Of a stretch of 64,000 nt of DNA, positions 11,996-24,041 are shown piece by piece. The position numbers and the translations under genes are program-made. The stretch comes from Octopus vulgaris (Eukaryota): positions 30,194,001 through 30,258,000 of the forward strand of contig OX597836.1 of NCBI GenBank assembly GCA_951406725.2. The letters are read 5' to 3'. The notes under the pieces were generated by a model, which saw only the letters and a list, made by a program, of their open reading frames with translations, made no database searches and was not told where the DNA came from. Position 1 is the first letter of the stretch. Each line of letters begins with the position of its first letter.

Positions 11996-13148
11996 ATAAA
12001 TGAAAAATGCATTCAATACTATAAAACATGTAGGACAGACACAAGGACCCTAATTCTTCCTCAGTTATCGACCAAAAATAATAACACCCAGTTTCATGCC
12101 TTTAACAATAAGACTGGAAATTTCGTATATCAGCGGCACCCGCAAGATGTGTATAGAATTAGGGCTCGAAACAAACAAAACAATACAGGGTGGATGTATG
12201 GAAGTAAATTAATGTAATTTGAAATGAAAGATGAAGACATTGAATAAAGCCTTAAGACCAAAGCTGAGAATGATTGATTAACACCTGGAAGAAATCCTCA
12301 AATGGATATAAAAACAGAATTAGGCGCAGGAGTGGCTGTGTGGTAAGTAGCTTGCTAACCAACCACATGGTTCCGGGTTCAGTCCCACTGCGTGGCATCT
12401 TGGGCAAGTGTCTTCTGCTATAGCCCCGGGTCGACCAATGCCTTGTGAGTGGATTTGGTAGACAGAAACTGAAAGAAGCCTGTCGTATATATGTATATAT
12501 ATATATGTATGTGTGTTTCTTTGTGTGTCTGTGTTTGTCCCCCTAGCATTGCTTGACAGCCGATGCTGGTGTGTTTACGTCCCCGTTACTTAGCGGTTCG
12601 GCAAAAGAGACCGATAGAATAAGTACTGGGCTTACAAAAAAAAAAAGTCCCGGGGTCGATTTGCTCGATTAAAGGTGGTGCTCCAGCATGGCCGCAGTCA
12701 AATGACTGAAACAAGTAAAAGAGTAAAAGAGTAAAGAGTAAGAGGGTCGACATTTTCTCCTCTTACTAATTCTGTTTTTATATCCACTTGAAGATTGCTT
12801 CCAGGTGTTAATCAATCGTTCTTGGTTTTGGCCCAAAGGCTTTATTGTCTTCGTCTATCGTTTCAAATTACATTTTTTTTTTTATTATTTTTTTATTTTA
12901 TCTAGTTTCAGCTCACGAGCTGTGGCCATGCTGGGGCACCGCCTTACTTTTGTACGTCCAGCCTGTATTGCTTTGTTTGTTTGAGCCCTAATTTTACACA
13001 AATCTTGTGGGTACCACCGATATATGAAGGTCCCAGTCTTATCATTAAAGGCACAAACTCATTTTTGGTCGATAAATGAGGAATAATTAGGGTCCTTGTG
13101 TCTGTCCTACGTGTACGTTTTGTAGCACTTAATGCATTTTTCATTTAT
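11996..13148. mobile_element. Foldback/palindromic element (~330-bp arms) interrupted by SINEs
   Basis: 11996-12322 is the reverse complement of 12766-13148; central hairpin taagagg-gtcgacattttct-cctctta. Confidence 0.8.
12323..12738 (+). mobile_element. Full-length young SINE family A
   Basis: tRNA-like head (A box tggctgtgtgg, B box ggttcagtccc), CORE-like cttgggcaagtg, internal (TA/TG)n, tail (gtaaaaga)n. Confidence 0.9.
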
Positions 13149-13417
13149 ATGTATGTATGTATGTATGTATGTACGTATATCAAACAGTTACATGACCTGA
13201 GGCTGATACACCTAAATATACACACTTTTTCAGAAGGTTCTGCACACAGGAATACATTCTGAACAATAATATAACCACAAATTAAATCAATAAAGATTTC
13301 TCTATCACAACCCTCAATAAAAACTCACCCTACAACCTAATTAATTGAACCCCACAAACCCCAGAAAAATTTCACCTCAACAGATACTATATAAAGACAT
13401 GATTAACTTAATGCAAC

Positions 13418-13468
13418 ACAGTCCAATGATGGCTTAAACTTAGCTGCCAGAAACTTCAAAGTCACAGT
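13418..13468 (+). ncRNA. Decayed type I hammerhead ribozyme motif
   Basis: ACAGT-CCAATGA-TGGC-12nt-GCCA-GAAA-CTTCAAAG-TC-ACAGT; two core substitutions relative to CUGAUGA. Confidence 0.45.
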
Positions 13469-13640
13469 TAATACTATTTTGGTAAAAGAATAATAAATTT
13501 GCATTTTACAAACATATGGAGTACCCCTTAAGAATAATGTAAAATTATTTTTATTATATTATAAATGAACAGAAAAAACAAACACACATACACGCAGAAA
13601 TAGATGGATATATATGTGTATATGAGTATGTATGCATGCA

Positions 13641-13687
<47 letters not shown>

Positions 13688-13701
13688 TCATACATACACA
13701 C

Positions 13702-13734
<33 letters not shown>

Positions 13735-14296
13735 GCTAGACAGATACATAAATAGGTGCACAGATACCAAACTAATAATTATGTGTGTATATATACATGT
13801 AAATCAAATCAATTAGAAATATTGAATATAAATAATAGAGCAAATTTTAAAATATAAGCTATATTAATTAGTATATATTAGTAATCAATGCGCCAATAAT
13901 ATTTTTATTATTCGAGCATTGATTACTAATATATAGTAATTTGCCACTTTTACATTCCAGAAATAGAAATATAGCTACACTCGGCCCACTGATTGGACCA
14001 GTGTACAAAAAATTCTACTACAAAGATGTCCACTATTTTCAAAACTGAAACAAAAACAGTGGGACTTATCAATATCTATAAATCTGTTTACTAAAACAAG
14101 TCATCAGACATGCAACATGCATCCTTGTTTGGTTGATGAAGTGCTGGATATGTTATTCCTCATAACCAATATATAAAGATGTGTGTTCATTCAAGTCTTC
14201 AAAGTTATCCTTAGAACAGAAAATTTTATTTTTCAAACGTTTGCTAGAAAGTGATTGCTAGTGGTGGTGGCGTTAAAATGAGCTACAGATTAGGTC

Positions 14297-14555
14297 TACA
14301 TTATTTGCATTTGACGGATATTTGTCCTCATCTTGTTTGTTGCTGACACAATGCTTTGGCTGATATACCCTTCAGCCTTCATCAGGTGTCTTGGGGGAAA
14401 TTTCGAACCTGGGTTCTCATTCCTAAGGTATTTTTCAATGTTGCTGTTGTTGTTGTTATTATATTATTATTATTATTCAGGTCACTGCGTGGAATCAAAC
14501 TCGGAATCTTGGGGCTTAGCAGCCCGCGCTTTTAACCACTACGCCACATACCCAC
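14297..14555 (-). mobile_element. tRNA-headed SINE (family H) with hammerhead-containing 3' region
   Basis: A box TGGCGTAGTGG, B box GAGTTTGATTCC, (AAT/AAC)n linker, hammerhead at 14345-14390; second copy at 22855-23250. Confidence 0.75.
14345..14390 (-). ncRNA. Minimal type I hammerhead ribozyme (CpG-decayed)
   Basis: GACAC-CTGATGA-A-GGCTGA-loop-TCAGCC-AAAGCATT-GTGTC; helices I and II intact, GAAA mutated. Confidence 0.6.
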
Positions 14556-15641
14556 AGGCATATGGTGTAGTTTACCACTAAAACATATCTATTTCTAATA
14601 ATGGCATCTTTTGTTTCACATGCATTTAAGGCCAATGTTGGGCAAAGAGTGAAATGGTTGAATAATATTCATAATCTTAGTTGGTGGGAATCCAGCTGGA
14701 AAATCTAATGACTGTTGCTTCTGATAGGACTCAGTGTAGAAAGCACCTGAGGACTCTACCCCCAGGTCCCTCCTAGGAATAGTGAATGGAGAAGATAGAT
14801 GGAGAGATGATTTTTAAATTTAATATGTAATATATTTTTATGAATTTTCTTTTCTTCTATGCTTATTCAGATAAAGAGAAAGATAACTTTTGTTATCTTT
14901 CTCAAAGCCTCCAATACTGGAGTGAGAGAAGGAGAAAGTTTATCTTAGATCAGATCTGGCCTGAATGCTTGCAGCATAAACTACACTAAAGAGACAGAAA
15001 CAATCCCTCTAACAGATTTCAACATAGTTTCCCTCCAATAAATTTCACTCACAAGGCTTTGGCTAGCTCAAGGCTTTGCTTGAAGGGAGATAGTTGACCA
15101 AGGTATCACACACTGGGATAAAATCCTAAAAAAGATATATTCATGCAGTTAGAATATTTAATCCCTTAGTATTTAAACCTGCCGTATCTGGCCAAATATT
15201 CTACCTGTTTTATGTTCAGACTGACCAGATCCAGTCTCTTATACCTACCCTACAATGTCAGTCTGAAAATAAACAATCACATCATTGAAATTTCGAAGCT
15301 ATGAGATAATGTGCAGTAAATTCAAAACAATGTGAATAAATAAGCATTGCATTTTAGAGTAACCCGAATGCTAAAGGGTTAAGTAACTTTATAATCGAAG
15401 CTACTTTGCAAACTAGAGGTAAAACAGCAATACAAAATATAAAATATATATAAAAAAAGAAAAGCTTTTTTCTGAATCTGAAGGAAAAATACATAAGCTG
15501 TTGAGAAACAAAAACAGTAAACAGTAGGATCCTAGGAAATCGGTGATGGTCCGAATCAGCAGTGAGTAAAAACAATTCAAAAGTGGAATAAATTGGTTTT
15601 TCTATTCTTCCATGCAGAAAAGGAAATGTTTAACTATTTAC

Positions 15642-15689
15642 GATGAGCAGTTTCCGAAGTTGGAAAGTGGTGGTTTCTGATGATACAAA
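15642..15689 (-). CDS. Candidate 48-nt symmetric cassette exon
   Basis: Long pyrimidine-rich upstream region ending cctacttccaatctag|; donor ATC|gtaaat; open in all three frames (phase 2: LYHQKPPLSNFGNCS). Confidence 0.35.
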
Positions 15690-16756
15690 CTAGATTGGAA
15701 GTAGGATGAGAGAGAGGGGAAAAAAAATGACACAAATAGAGAAAACCGAGAGAGAAGCAGGAGAAAAGATGAAAAAAAAAAAAACAAACAAAAAAAAACA
15801 AAACAAAGAATATAGCAAAGGGAGAATTTAAGATGAAAGGTGTTAGACAATGGTAATAGGGAGGGGAGGATAATCGATGAAAATGCTGGCAACTGTGAAA
15901 AACGATGAAGGAAGACAGCTAGGAGATAATTGAAATAAGAATCGTGGTAATTTGAAAAGCAGAAGTGAGGAGGAGGGAATTTTAAAAAGTGGAGGACAGA
16001 GGGATTAATATAAAAAGATGGAAATATATGTTTCTTTATACACCCACACATATACATATATGAAAATAGACACACACACACATGCATATATATATATATA
16101 CATATAAACACACAATATACAGGTTGTCAAACTGCAAACATCCTAAAGACAGGAAAGTTGACTAGGAGACTAAAAGGCGTCCGTTAATGCATGTGGGCAA
16201 GGAAGTCCTCAGAAGAAAAGTTTGGTTTATGCATGCTTTATAACATGCAAGGTTTGTACAGCATTACCATTTTTTAAATACAAGGAATGTTGTAAATGTT
16301 TGCTATTTCCCCCACATATTTCAATGTAACCATTTTCAAAAAACTCTCACATTTTGTAAATTAAGCACATTGCAAAACTTTATACTTAAAATAAGAAAGG
16401 TATTTTTGCATGATTTTTTTTTTTATTCTTCTTTTTATGACTGGCTGCAGTCACTGAACTGTGTCACATTGGCACAGGGCTACCTTCAAATCCAAAACAC
16501 ACTTCAGTCTGATACTTATTTTGATTGATCTCATAAAATATGTAATGAAAGTGAATATGTAAGCATAAAGGAGGATAATTAGGCAGGATGTAAATACCCC
16601 AAGGTTTTCTGCTAAAATGTGTCAATTTTTATCCCCACATCCCAATATCCATCTACACACACACACAACAAACATTTATTTTACATCCATTTTTTCTCAA
16701 GCTGGCATGGGTTGGATGAATACTTCTATAAATTTATATAAGGGTGATGAAAACAT

Positions 16757-16965
16757 ATAAGGTGATGAAAAATTCCTAGTTTTGGGTAAGAGAAAATTTT
16801 GGTTGGATCAGTTAATTATAATTTTATTCAAACTTATTCCCCTCTCAAATTCACACACTTATTGCAGCAGTCCTTTAGTTTTTCTATGCCCTGCAAAAGA
16901 ACTCAGCAGGTTGGGTGCTCCAACCAGGACTTTCATGAAATCCTTAAAGCCAGGAACTTTCAAAA
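16757..16965. mobile_element. Mariner-type MITE; second copy at 61820-62003
   Basis: Two similar ~200-bp copies with degenerate inverted ends (gaaaattcctagttt / aaagccaggaactttc). Confidence 0.55.
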
Positions 16966-18552
16966 CTTTTATATATATACACAAGAATAATATAATTCGA
17001 GGATGGAGGATAACCCAATGAAGTGCCCACATACAGCAGTTGTTGAAAAATATTCAACTACACAGTAATTATAAAGAATGATCTTCTATAATGGTGTAAG
17101 AATATCTACTGTTAAAGTTTGATATCCTCTATCTTCAGGTTATATTATTTTTGTATTAATGAAATGTAAATATGAGTTCTGCATGTGAGCCCAAGCCTGG
17201 AATATACCCTACTGCAGGATAACATGTGGTAGCCAAATAATGACATAAGAGCTCTTAAATGCATGTTACAAGGGTTTTACCTGGATTATACCGAGCTTTC
17301 AAAACAAATTTCCAAACCACAATACCATGTCAGTGCCAAACATGTAGATAGATATTCCAAGCATTCTTGGTTAAAAAACTCAAAAGACCACATTCAATAT
17401 AGTACTCAATGCATAAAATATTCAATACAGAGCTTGTGTTTTTTTATTTGAAAATTTACTTAAAGATGATAAATCCATTTCAACCTGTCAGATGACTATC
17501 CATATACTGCACACACACACACAGACACACACACCAATATCAGGAAGAAGCAGCTTCCCCCACACACACACAACACATATTATCTACCAAAATTTCAATT
17601 AAAGGAATCAGTCAACCCACAAGTATATCAGAAAATAAGTTCCCCAAGGTTCTGTGCAGTGAGATCAAACCCAGAACCCTGAGTTCAACTAGAATTACCA
17701 AATTGCCAACAGGAAGCTCTACATCACATCATTATGTCATAATCAATTGTGAATTGTTAATATTTCAATGCTTTTCATTTCCGTCTCCAGAGAATTTGGA
17801 TGTCAGTTTATTGAAAACTCAAAAGGAATCCAATAGAAACAAGCTGGAATCATTTACAATCACAGAACTGAATAAACGGACAAAATTCTTTTTGCATGTT
17901 TTATAATCAGAGACCTGTCAGTTCAACTAGAATTACCAAATTGCCAACAGGGAAGCTCTACATCAGGCACAGACAACCGTTTTCAAGAATTGGGCTACAT
18001 GAGACATCAGGTGGGCCACATTTATTAAAAAAATTCAAGGTAATTTTTCATTAGACAAGCCATTCAGAAAATTTGCAATGAAGCTCACAGGCCAGTTTAC
18101 CCATGGCGGCTCTACATGGCTACTTGGTCAGCTAGAAATAGCAGCCAAAATCAATCTCAAGGTCACACCCTACTGTCAAACACAAAACACATTAGCTAAC
18201 ATAGTCAGGGACACACTGAATCTAGACAAAAAAAAAAGAAGACAAGATGACCACAGCTGAAAAACCTTTGATCAAAGCTCTACTCAATCTTGGCTATCTT
18301 AAATTAAGGAAAGTCACATCGGATGGCCATGAATAGAATGCCTTTAATATTTTTAATAGCTCAACCCATTGTAAATAGCAGTCAATTCTTCCTCATCATA
18401 TTATGCTATCTTAAATTAAGGAAAGCCACATTGGATGGCCATGAATAGAATGCCTTTAATATTTTTAATAGTAACCCACTTGAAGCTGCCTTTGGTTCTA
18501 TGATAAAAAACTGTTTTGAAGTGTCAATATATAAATTAAAACTATCTGCTAT

Positions 18553-18660
<108 letters not shown>

Positions 18661-18734
18661 TCAATGAATAGAAATTGCGTTTCTGATAATTTTCCCTCTT
18701 TAATAATTATACATACATAATAAAAAAAAATTAA

Positions 18735-18982
18735 TGCGCCCTTTTAAAGACTAGCCAGGTTCATGGGCCCGGTTTCCCAGTTTCAATGGCGTATGTGTTC
18801 CCCAGCTGGACAGGACACCAATCCGTCGCACCATTACTCATTTTTGCCAGTTGGGTGGACTGGAGCAATGTGAAATGAAGTGTTTTGCTCAAGAACACAA
18901 TGCATCGCCAGGTCCAGGAATCAAAACGACAATCTTATGATCATGATGCTGACACCCTAACCACTAAGCCACGCGCCTCCAC
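18735..18982 (-). mobile_element. tRNA-derived SINE family D
   Basis: Head gtggaggcgcgtggcttagtggttag...ttgattcc; body ttcttgagcaaaacac shared with 22748 and 27725 elements. Confidence 0.75.
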
Positions 18983-19007
18983 AATTATACATACATACAT
19001 ATAAATT

Positions 19008-19145
19008 AGAATGACAAAGGAACAAACAATTATGTTATGAACTTCTTTAGCTTACAGCTGTTTCAACTATAAGATGCAATGCACTCATTGTTGAATGCTT
19101 CAAGCATGAAGTTCATAACATAATTATTTATTCCTTTGTTATTCT
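19008..19145. repeat. 38-bp inverted repeat enclosing a hammerhead-like remnant (possible Penelope inverted pLTR)
   Basis: 19008-19045 vs 19108-19145 are reverse complements; minus strand has GAAACAGCTGTA. Confidence 0.55.
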
Positions 19146-19199
19146 CATTTTTTATTACCAATCTGTACTCGACTAATGCTTCATTCTGAAGCATATGTA

Positions 19200-19765
19200 T
19201 TGGGTTGTCTGGAAAGTTCATGCCCATTTATAGTAGCTTACCTTTCGACTTATTTTAGAACATGATTGAGTCCATAAAATAGCATTTGACTACACCTTTA
19301 TTTAGAGCACAGTTTAAGCTATCTTTTCGTGGAAGAAGATTTATGTTCCTATAACCTGTGTTCATTTTGTAACCCTTTAAAATGGAAGATAAGAAAGTTC
19401 ATTTCCAGCACTTGATGCTTTGGGAACCAGACAAAAATTGCTGCAGCTCGGCTGGGATGTGTTACCCCACCCTCCATATTCACCAGATATTGCTCCTTCG
19501 GATTTCCACTTATTCAGGTCCCTGCAGAATAGTCTTAATGGTAAAAATTTCAATTCCTTGGATGATGTAAAAAGAAACCTTGATGAATTCTTTGCCATGA
19601 AACCACCTAAATTCTGGGAAGAGGGTATTTTCAAGTTAAAGGAAAGATGCAGATGCATTGTGCAACAAAATGGTTCATATTTGGTTGATTAAAAGTGTAA
19701 TGGCAAGTATTTATTGACCTTTTTCTTTCCTTTAAAAATTGGCATGAACTTTCTGGACAAACCAA
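19200..19765 (+). mobile_element. Internally deleted mariner element (mellifera-like)
   Basis: TA TSD; TIRs ttgggttgtctggaaagttcatgcc / ggcatgaactttctggacaaaccaa; N-terminus MEDKKVHFQHLMLWE fused out of frame to a C-terminus with PHPPYSPDIAPSDFHLF, stop at 19692. Confidence 0.92.
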
Positions 19766-21121
19766 TATATCGAGTTCTAACACCAGGTTATTAGTATTGC
19801 TATGCCTAAGCAAAGATATATATATCTATCTTTTGTTAAAGTTCTGTTCCAAACACCAGATTAATATTCACTATTGAGATACATGAAGAATAATGACAAA
19901 GTTGGTTATTTCATTAAACTTCTTCAAATCCTTAATTATTTTCAAAATTAATTGAAACACATTGACAAAGTACTTTGTACGAAATACGACCAAGAAAGGG
20001 TTAACTTAACAACAGGTTTGTGCAATAAGAGATAACTTGGGGCTAAGTAACGACTACAATTGCCAATCTGCCAAATAAATTTCTTTTAAATAGTGTTCTT
20101 CACTGTCAATGAATAGCAAAAGATTTTTATACTAATGGTATTACTATAATACGGATCAGTTAATTAGGAGAGAAAAAAAACCCACCCACATTCAAGTCAG
20201 TTCAACAGATGCTAGATTAAGTCAACACAACAGAGAAGAAAATACTGCACACATACACACACACATTCTTACTTTATCTAGCTGGCTGATACCTTAGCAA
20301 TAAACCAGCTGATCAAGCAAATGTGAGTGTTTCTATGTGGCTACTTAAGAAGCTAGAAATGATAGCAGTCAAATTTCCTCAACTACTATCTATGATATGC
20401 TAATTGAAAAGAAACACATTAGATAATGTAACCCAGGGCACAATATGCTTGTAATAAAAAAAAAGTGGGAGGCAGAACAGTGTTACTTAGAACATCAGGT
20501 ACTTGGTACTTCATGTAGGAACCCTCCGCCAGGAATTTCATTTTTGCCTTGTCAAAAAGGAAGGCAATAGCTTATAGCCATTTAAAAGGTTTTCCAAAAC
20601 TGGTGAGAAAGAGTGAGGAAGATATTCTGAAACCAGAGACGTGGTTAGAGAGCTTGCAATAAAGATGACTCCCCTAAATATACACAAAGTGCTATGGTAT
20701 TAAATCAGGTGATGGACCAAGTGTATAGCCTAAGCAGGCCATGGCAGAATTCAAACTTAGAATGCAGAAGGCTGCTACAGATACTATAAAGTAGTTCAAA
20801 CTTTTGGCACATGGACAGGTTTCAGGCAAGGGAATTTTTCCATGGATTGAGGAATCATGTGCGTAACAAAACACAATGAAGTGCATCATATATAATTTAA
20901 TTATTGCATATATATAATATGTTACATATAATTAATATATAATGCAAAAAAAAAAAAAAACACCCTGCAGACTATGAGAGTCAAGAAAACAGAAATAAAA
21001 TTCAAAAGTTTATTATTTCTGTATGGCCTGGTACCAAATGATCCATGGCCCAGTAATGGTTCACAGTCCAGTGTAAAGCATCTAGTCGGACAGATGCTAC
21101 TCTGTATTGGTTGTTATGCAT

Positions 21122-21338
21122 TTAACCCTTTTGTTACCAACCCGACTGAAACCGCCTCTGGCTCTATAGTACAAATGTCTTGTTTTCGTAAGTTTCGAAT
21201 AAAAATCTTCCACCAAATTTATGTTCCTAACACTAGCTTAATGATAACCAAGTTATTTTACTAAATTCTTTGTTATTTTTAAAGTAATTGAAAGAAACAC
21301 AGAGAATCTCAGAATAAATACGTTAACGAAAGGGTTAT
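21122..21338. mobile_element. TTAA-type MITE, different family
   Basis: ttaacccttttgtta ... taacgaaagggtta termini. Confidence 0.65.
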
Positions 21339-22747
21339 CAATGCCAAAAGGCTGAGTGGCAAAATTCACATCAGTAAGATTTGAACTCACAGTATACAGA
21401 GCCAGAACTTAATACAATACCACAACACTAACAACGCTGCCAATTATTTATTCACCAAAGATGGAGAAGAAAAGAGAAGGTGCAGCAGTTATCATCATCA
21501 TTTAACATCCATTTTCCACGCTGTAGGGATAAAGAGTGACAGAGGGGAGGTGCAATTCTTAGCATACTACGTGATTCATAAATTATACATCAAGAGGATC
21601 GACAATCCTGTTTTACGTTTTATATCAATGAATTAATACTTTACATTGTAAGACGTCATCCATGAGAACTGACATGCAAAACTACATTATATCTTACAAA
21701 GTCATATTATAATCAGATAGTGCAAACAGGTTTCTTTCTTTCTTTCTTTCTTTCATTGTTACTTATTTTTTTCTGTCTTGCATTTTGAGAAGAATAGCAT
21801 TGTTGGACACAATAGGTCTCCAACAGGCCAATTATTGGTACAGTGTGTTTACAACGGTGGGAATGATAAGGGAGTGCCTGTGCAAATCAGGTGGAATAAA
21901 TACCAGCAGGTATTTTTTTTTTTTCTGTGTTTGTATATGCGAAGAACAGAATTATCAAAATAATTTTCACACTAACGTATCTTTCTCAATGATGTATACA
22001 TAAACAAATGTACATGCATGTGTGTGTGTGTGCACGTACACATATCAGTGAAAGATATAGACATCTGCAAGAAGTGATACACACACACACACACTACATA
22101 TTTTGTTGTTTGTTTCTGAATTTTCTTTACATTGGCATGGATCGGATGAATACTTATTACTGAGGTATCATTTTACAGCTGGATGCCCTCTGCTGCTTAT
22201 CCTTACCCGTTTTGCAAGTAAGGAATTTCTTTTGTGCTTCAAGTCAGTTCTTTTTGCTCATATACTGACATGTGAAAATACAAAACGTAAACATTATTAA
22301 GGATACACATACATGTGTATGTGTGTCTCAATGTGTGTTATCTCGTGGGAAGGGTGTTGCATTCATGATTGCTAGATTATGGGTTCAATTCCTGGACAGG
22401 GCGGTGCTTTGTGTTCTTGAGCAAAACATTTCACATGGTTCCACTCCACTCAGCTGAAATGGGCACAGCTGAGTATTGGTGAAGTCCTTTCCTACACTCT
22501 CTTTCTCTCCAGTTGTCACATCCTGGATATTTGACTGAGTCAATGGTGAGAAATCACGAATGGTTAGCATTTACTTAAAGCAAGCTGAGGAATGCAAGAA
22601 ACCAAGAATAACAGAGAGAGAGAGAGAGAAAGATTCAGTTTTGCATTATTGCTATTTCATTCCCTTTTTTTATTTAGTTTCCCATTTTATTGCAACTCAA
22701 CTTACATGAACACACAGACATGAATTCATATATATGTGTGTATGTGT

Positions 22748-23300
22748 GTGCATGGCTCAGTGGTTAGAGTGACGGGCTCAGAAATCATGAGATAGTGAGT
22801 TCAATTCCTGGACCAAGCTGTGTGTTGTGTTCTTGAGCAAGACACTTTGTTTTATACATTATTTACATCTTGTTTGTTGTTAACACAACATTTTGGCTGA
22901 TATACCCTCCAGCCTTCATCAGGTGTCTTGGGGAAATTTCGAACCTGGGTTCTCATTCCTAAGGTATTTTTCAATATTAATATTATTATTGTTGAATGAG
23001 AGAGCAGTGCATGCCATCAAAGTGACACTGGGGTAAAATATACAAAGCCCAGTATATCCATCATGACTACCCATCTGATAAAGGTACACCAGGCACATGC
23101 ATCACAACCATATGTGCGTGATATGGTGATCTCATATCAAGATAAACAGCTCATGACCTTGCAGGTGGGGCCCAGTTAGAATTTTCTTCTTCTTCTTCTT
23201 CTTCTTCTTCTTATTATTATTATTAAGATCACTGCTTGGGATCAAACTTGATCAAATCAGCTGGGACCCTCGTTGTCGTAACTGATGGAGTGCTCCTATC
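22748..23300 (+). mobile_element. Nested cluster: tRNA SINE (+) containing a family H SINE (-, 22855-23250), itself split by an insert at about 22992-23185
   Basis: Host head tggctcagtggttagagtg...gagttcaattcc; H tail at 22855-22990 and H head remnant at 23210-23250; the insert sits in the (AAT)n linker. Confidence 0.65.
22882..22927 (-). ncRNA. Minimal type I hammerhead ribozyme, second copy (CpG-decayed)
   Basis: GACAC-CTGATGA-A-GGCTG-loop-CAGCC-AAAATGTT-GTGTT. Confidence 0.6.
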
Positions 23301-23304
23301 CTAC

Positions 23305-23337
<33 letters not shown>

Positions 23338-23848
23338 TAAATATATACAATGGGTTTCTTTGAATTTCTGAATACTAAATCTATTCACAAGGCTTTGGAC
23401 AGCCAAGGGTTATGATTGAAGATACTTGCCCAAGATGATACATGGTGGAAACGAAACCTAGAACTATGTAGTTGAGAAGCAAACTACTTATTATATAGCT
23501 ATACTGTATCTATAATATATATACACACCTACATAGATATGTGTGTATGTTTGTGTGTGTAAACAAAAAATATATTTTCATCTGAAATATTTGTAATTTA
23601 CATTTTCTTTTTTCTATGAAATAGACAAAGTGTTTTGTTTGTTGACATCTAACAAGAAGCTTTAAACAATTCTCTTCAGAAAACAATATATTTTAAATTA
23701 CAAAACAAAACAATTTTTCTTAGTTTCACAGATATCTGTTGACAGAAATTAAAAAATATATATATAAAACAAAAACAAAATAATATAAGAAAAAGCATGT
23801 TGGACAGAAACTGGTAAGTTTTCAGGTTTTCTGTACACTGTAGAACAC

Positions 23849-23856
23849 CTGAAGAA
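23849..23856 (-). CDS. Candidate 8-nt microexon (TTCTTCAG)
   Basis: Acceptor ttttttctattgccatcag|; donor CAG|gtgttc is weak. Confidence 0.2.
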
Positions 23857-24027
23857 CTGATGGCAATAGAAAAAAATTAAAAAATAAAAAGATAAAATAA
23901 CCATATAATGGTGATGATGGCGATTATGAAAAGAGCTACAAATATTGTATTTAATTCAAACAATATTTCAGAGAAAATTTGACGTTTTTTTTTTTTCTGT
24001 TTTTAATATCAAGTTTTGACATTTCAC

Positions 24028-24041
24028 CTGTCATCACTTAT
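24028..24041 (-). CDS. Candidate 14-nt microexon (ATAAGTGATGACAG, I-S-D-D in phase 0)
   Basis: Acceptor tttctgctttattgcttcatctctttag| with UGC motifs; donor CAG|gtgaaa; continues the acidic stretch in frame. Confidence 0.45.

Noticed and set aside
12323-12395. tRNA-like sequences at SINE heads as true tRNA genes
   Set aside because: No complete cloverleaf; they continue directly into multi-copy SINE bodies.
19420-19692. Functional or domesticated mariner transposase
   Set aside because: Internal deletion removes the DNA-binding domain and most of the catalytic domain; the N/C fusion is out of frame.
23901-23935. Possible ~34-nt exon after tttgtag
   Set aside because: In-frame TAA in phase 0 and a poor donor (gttatt).
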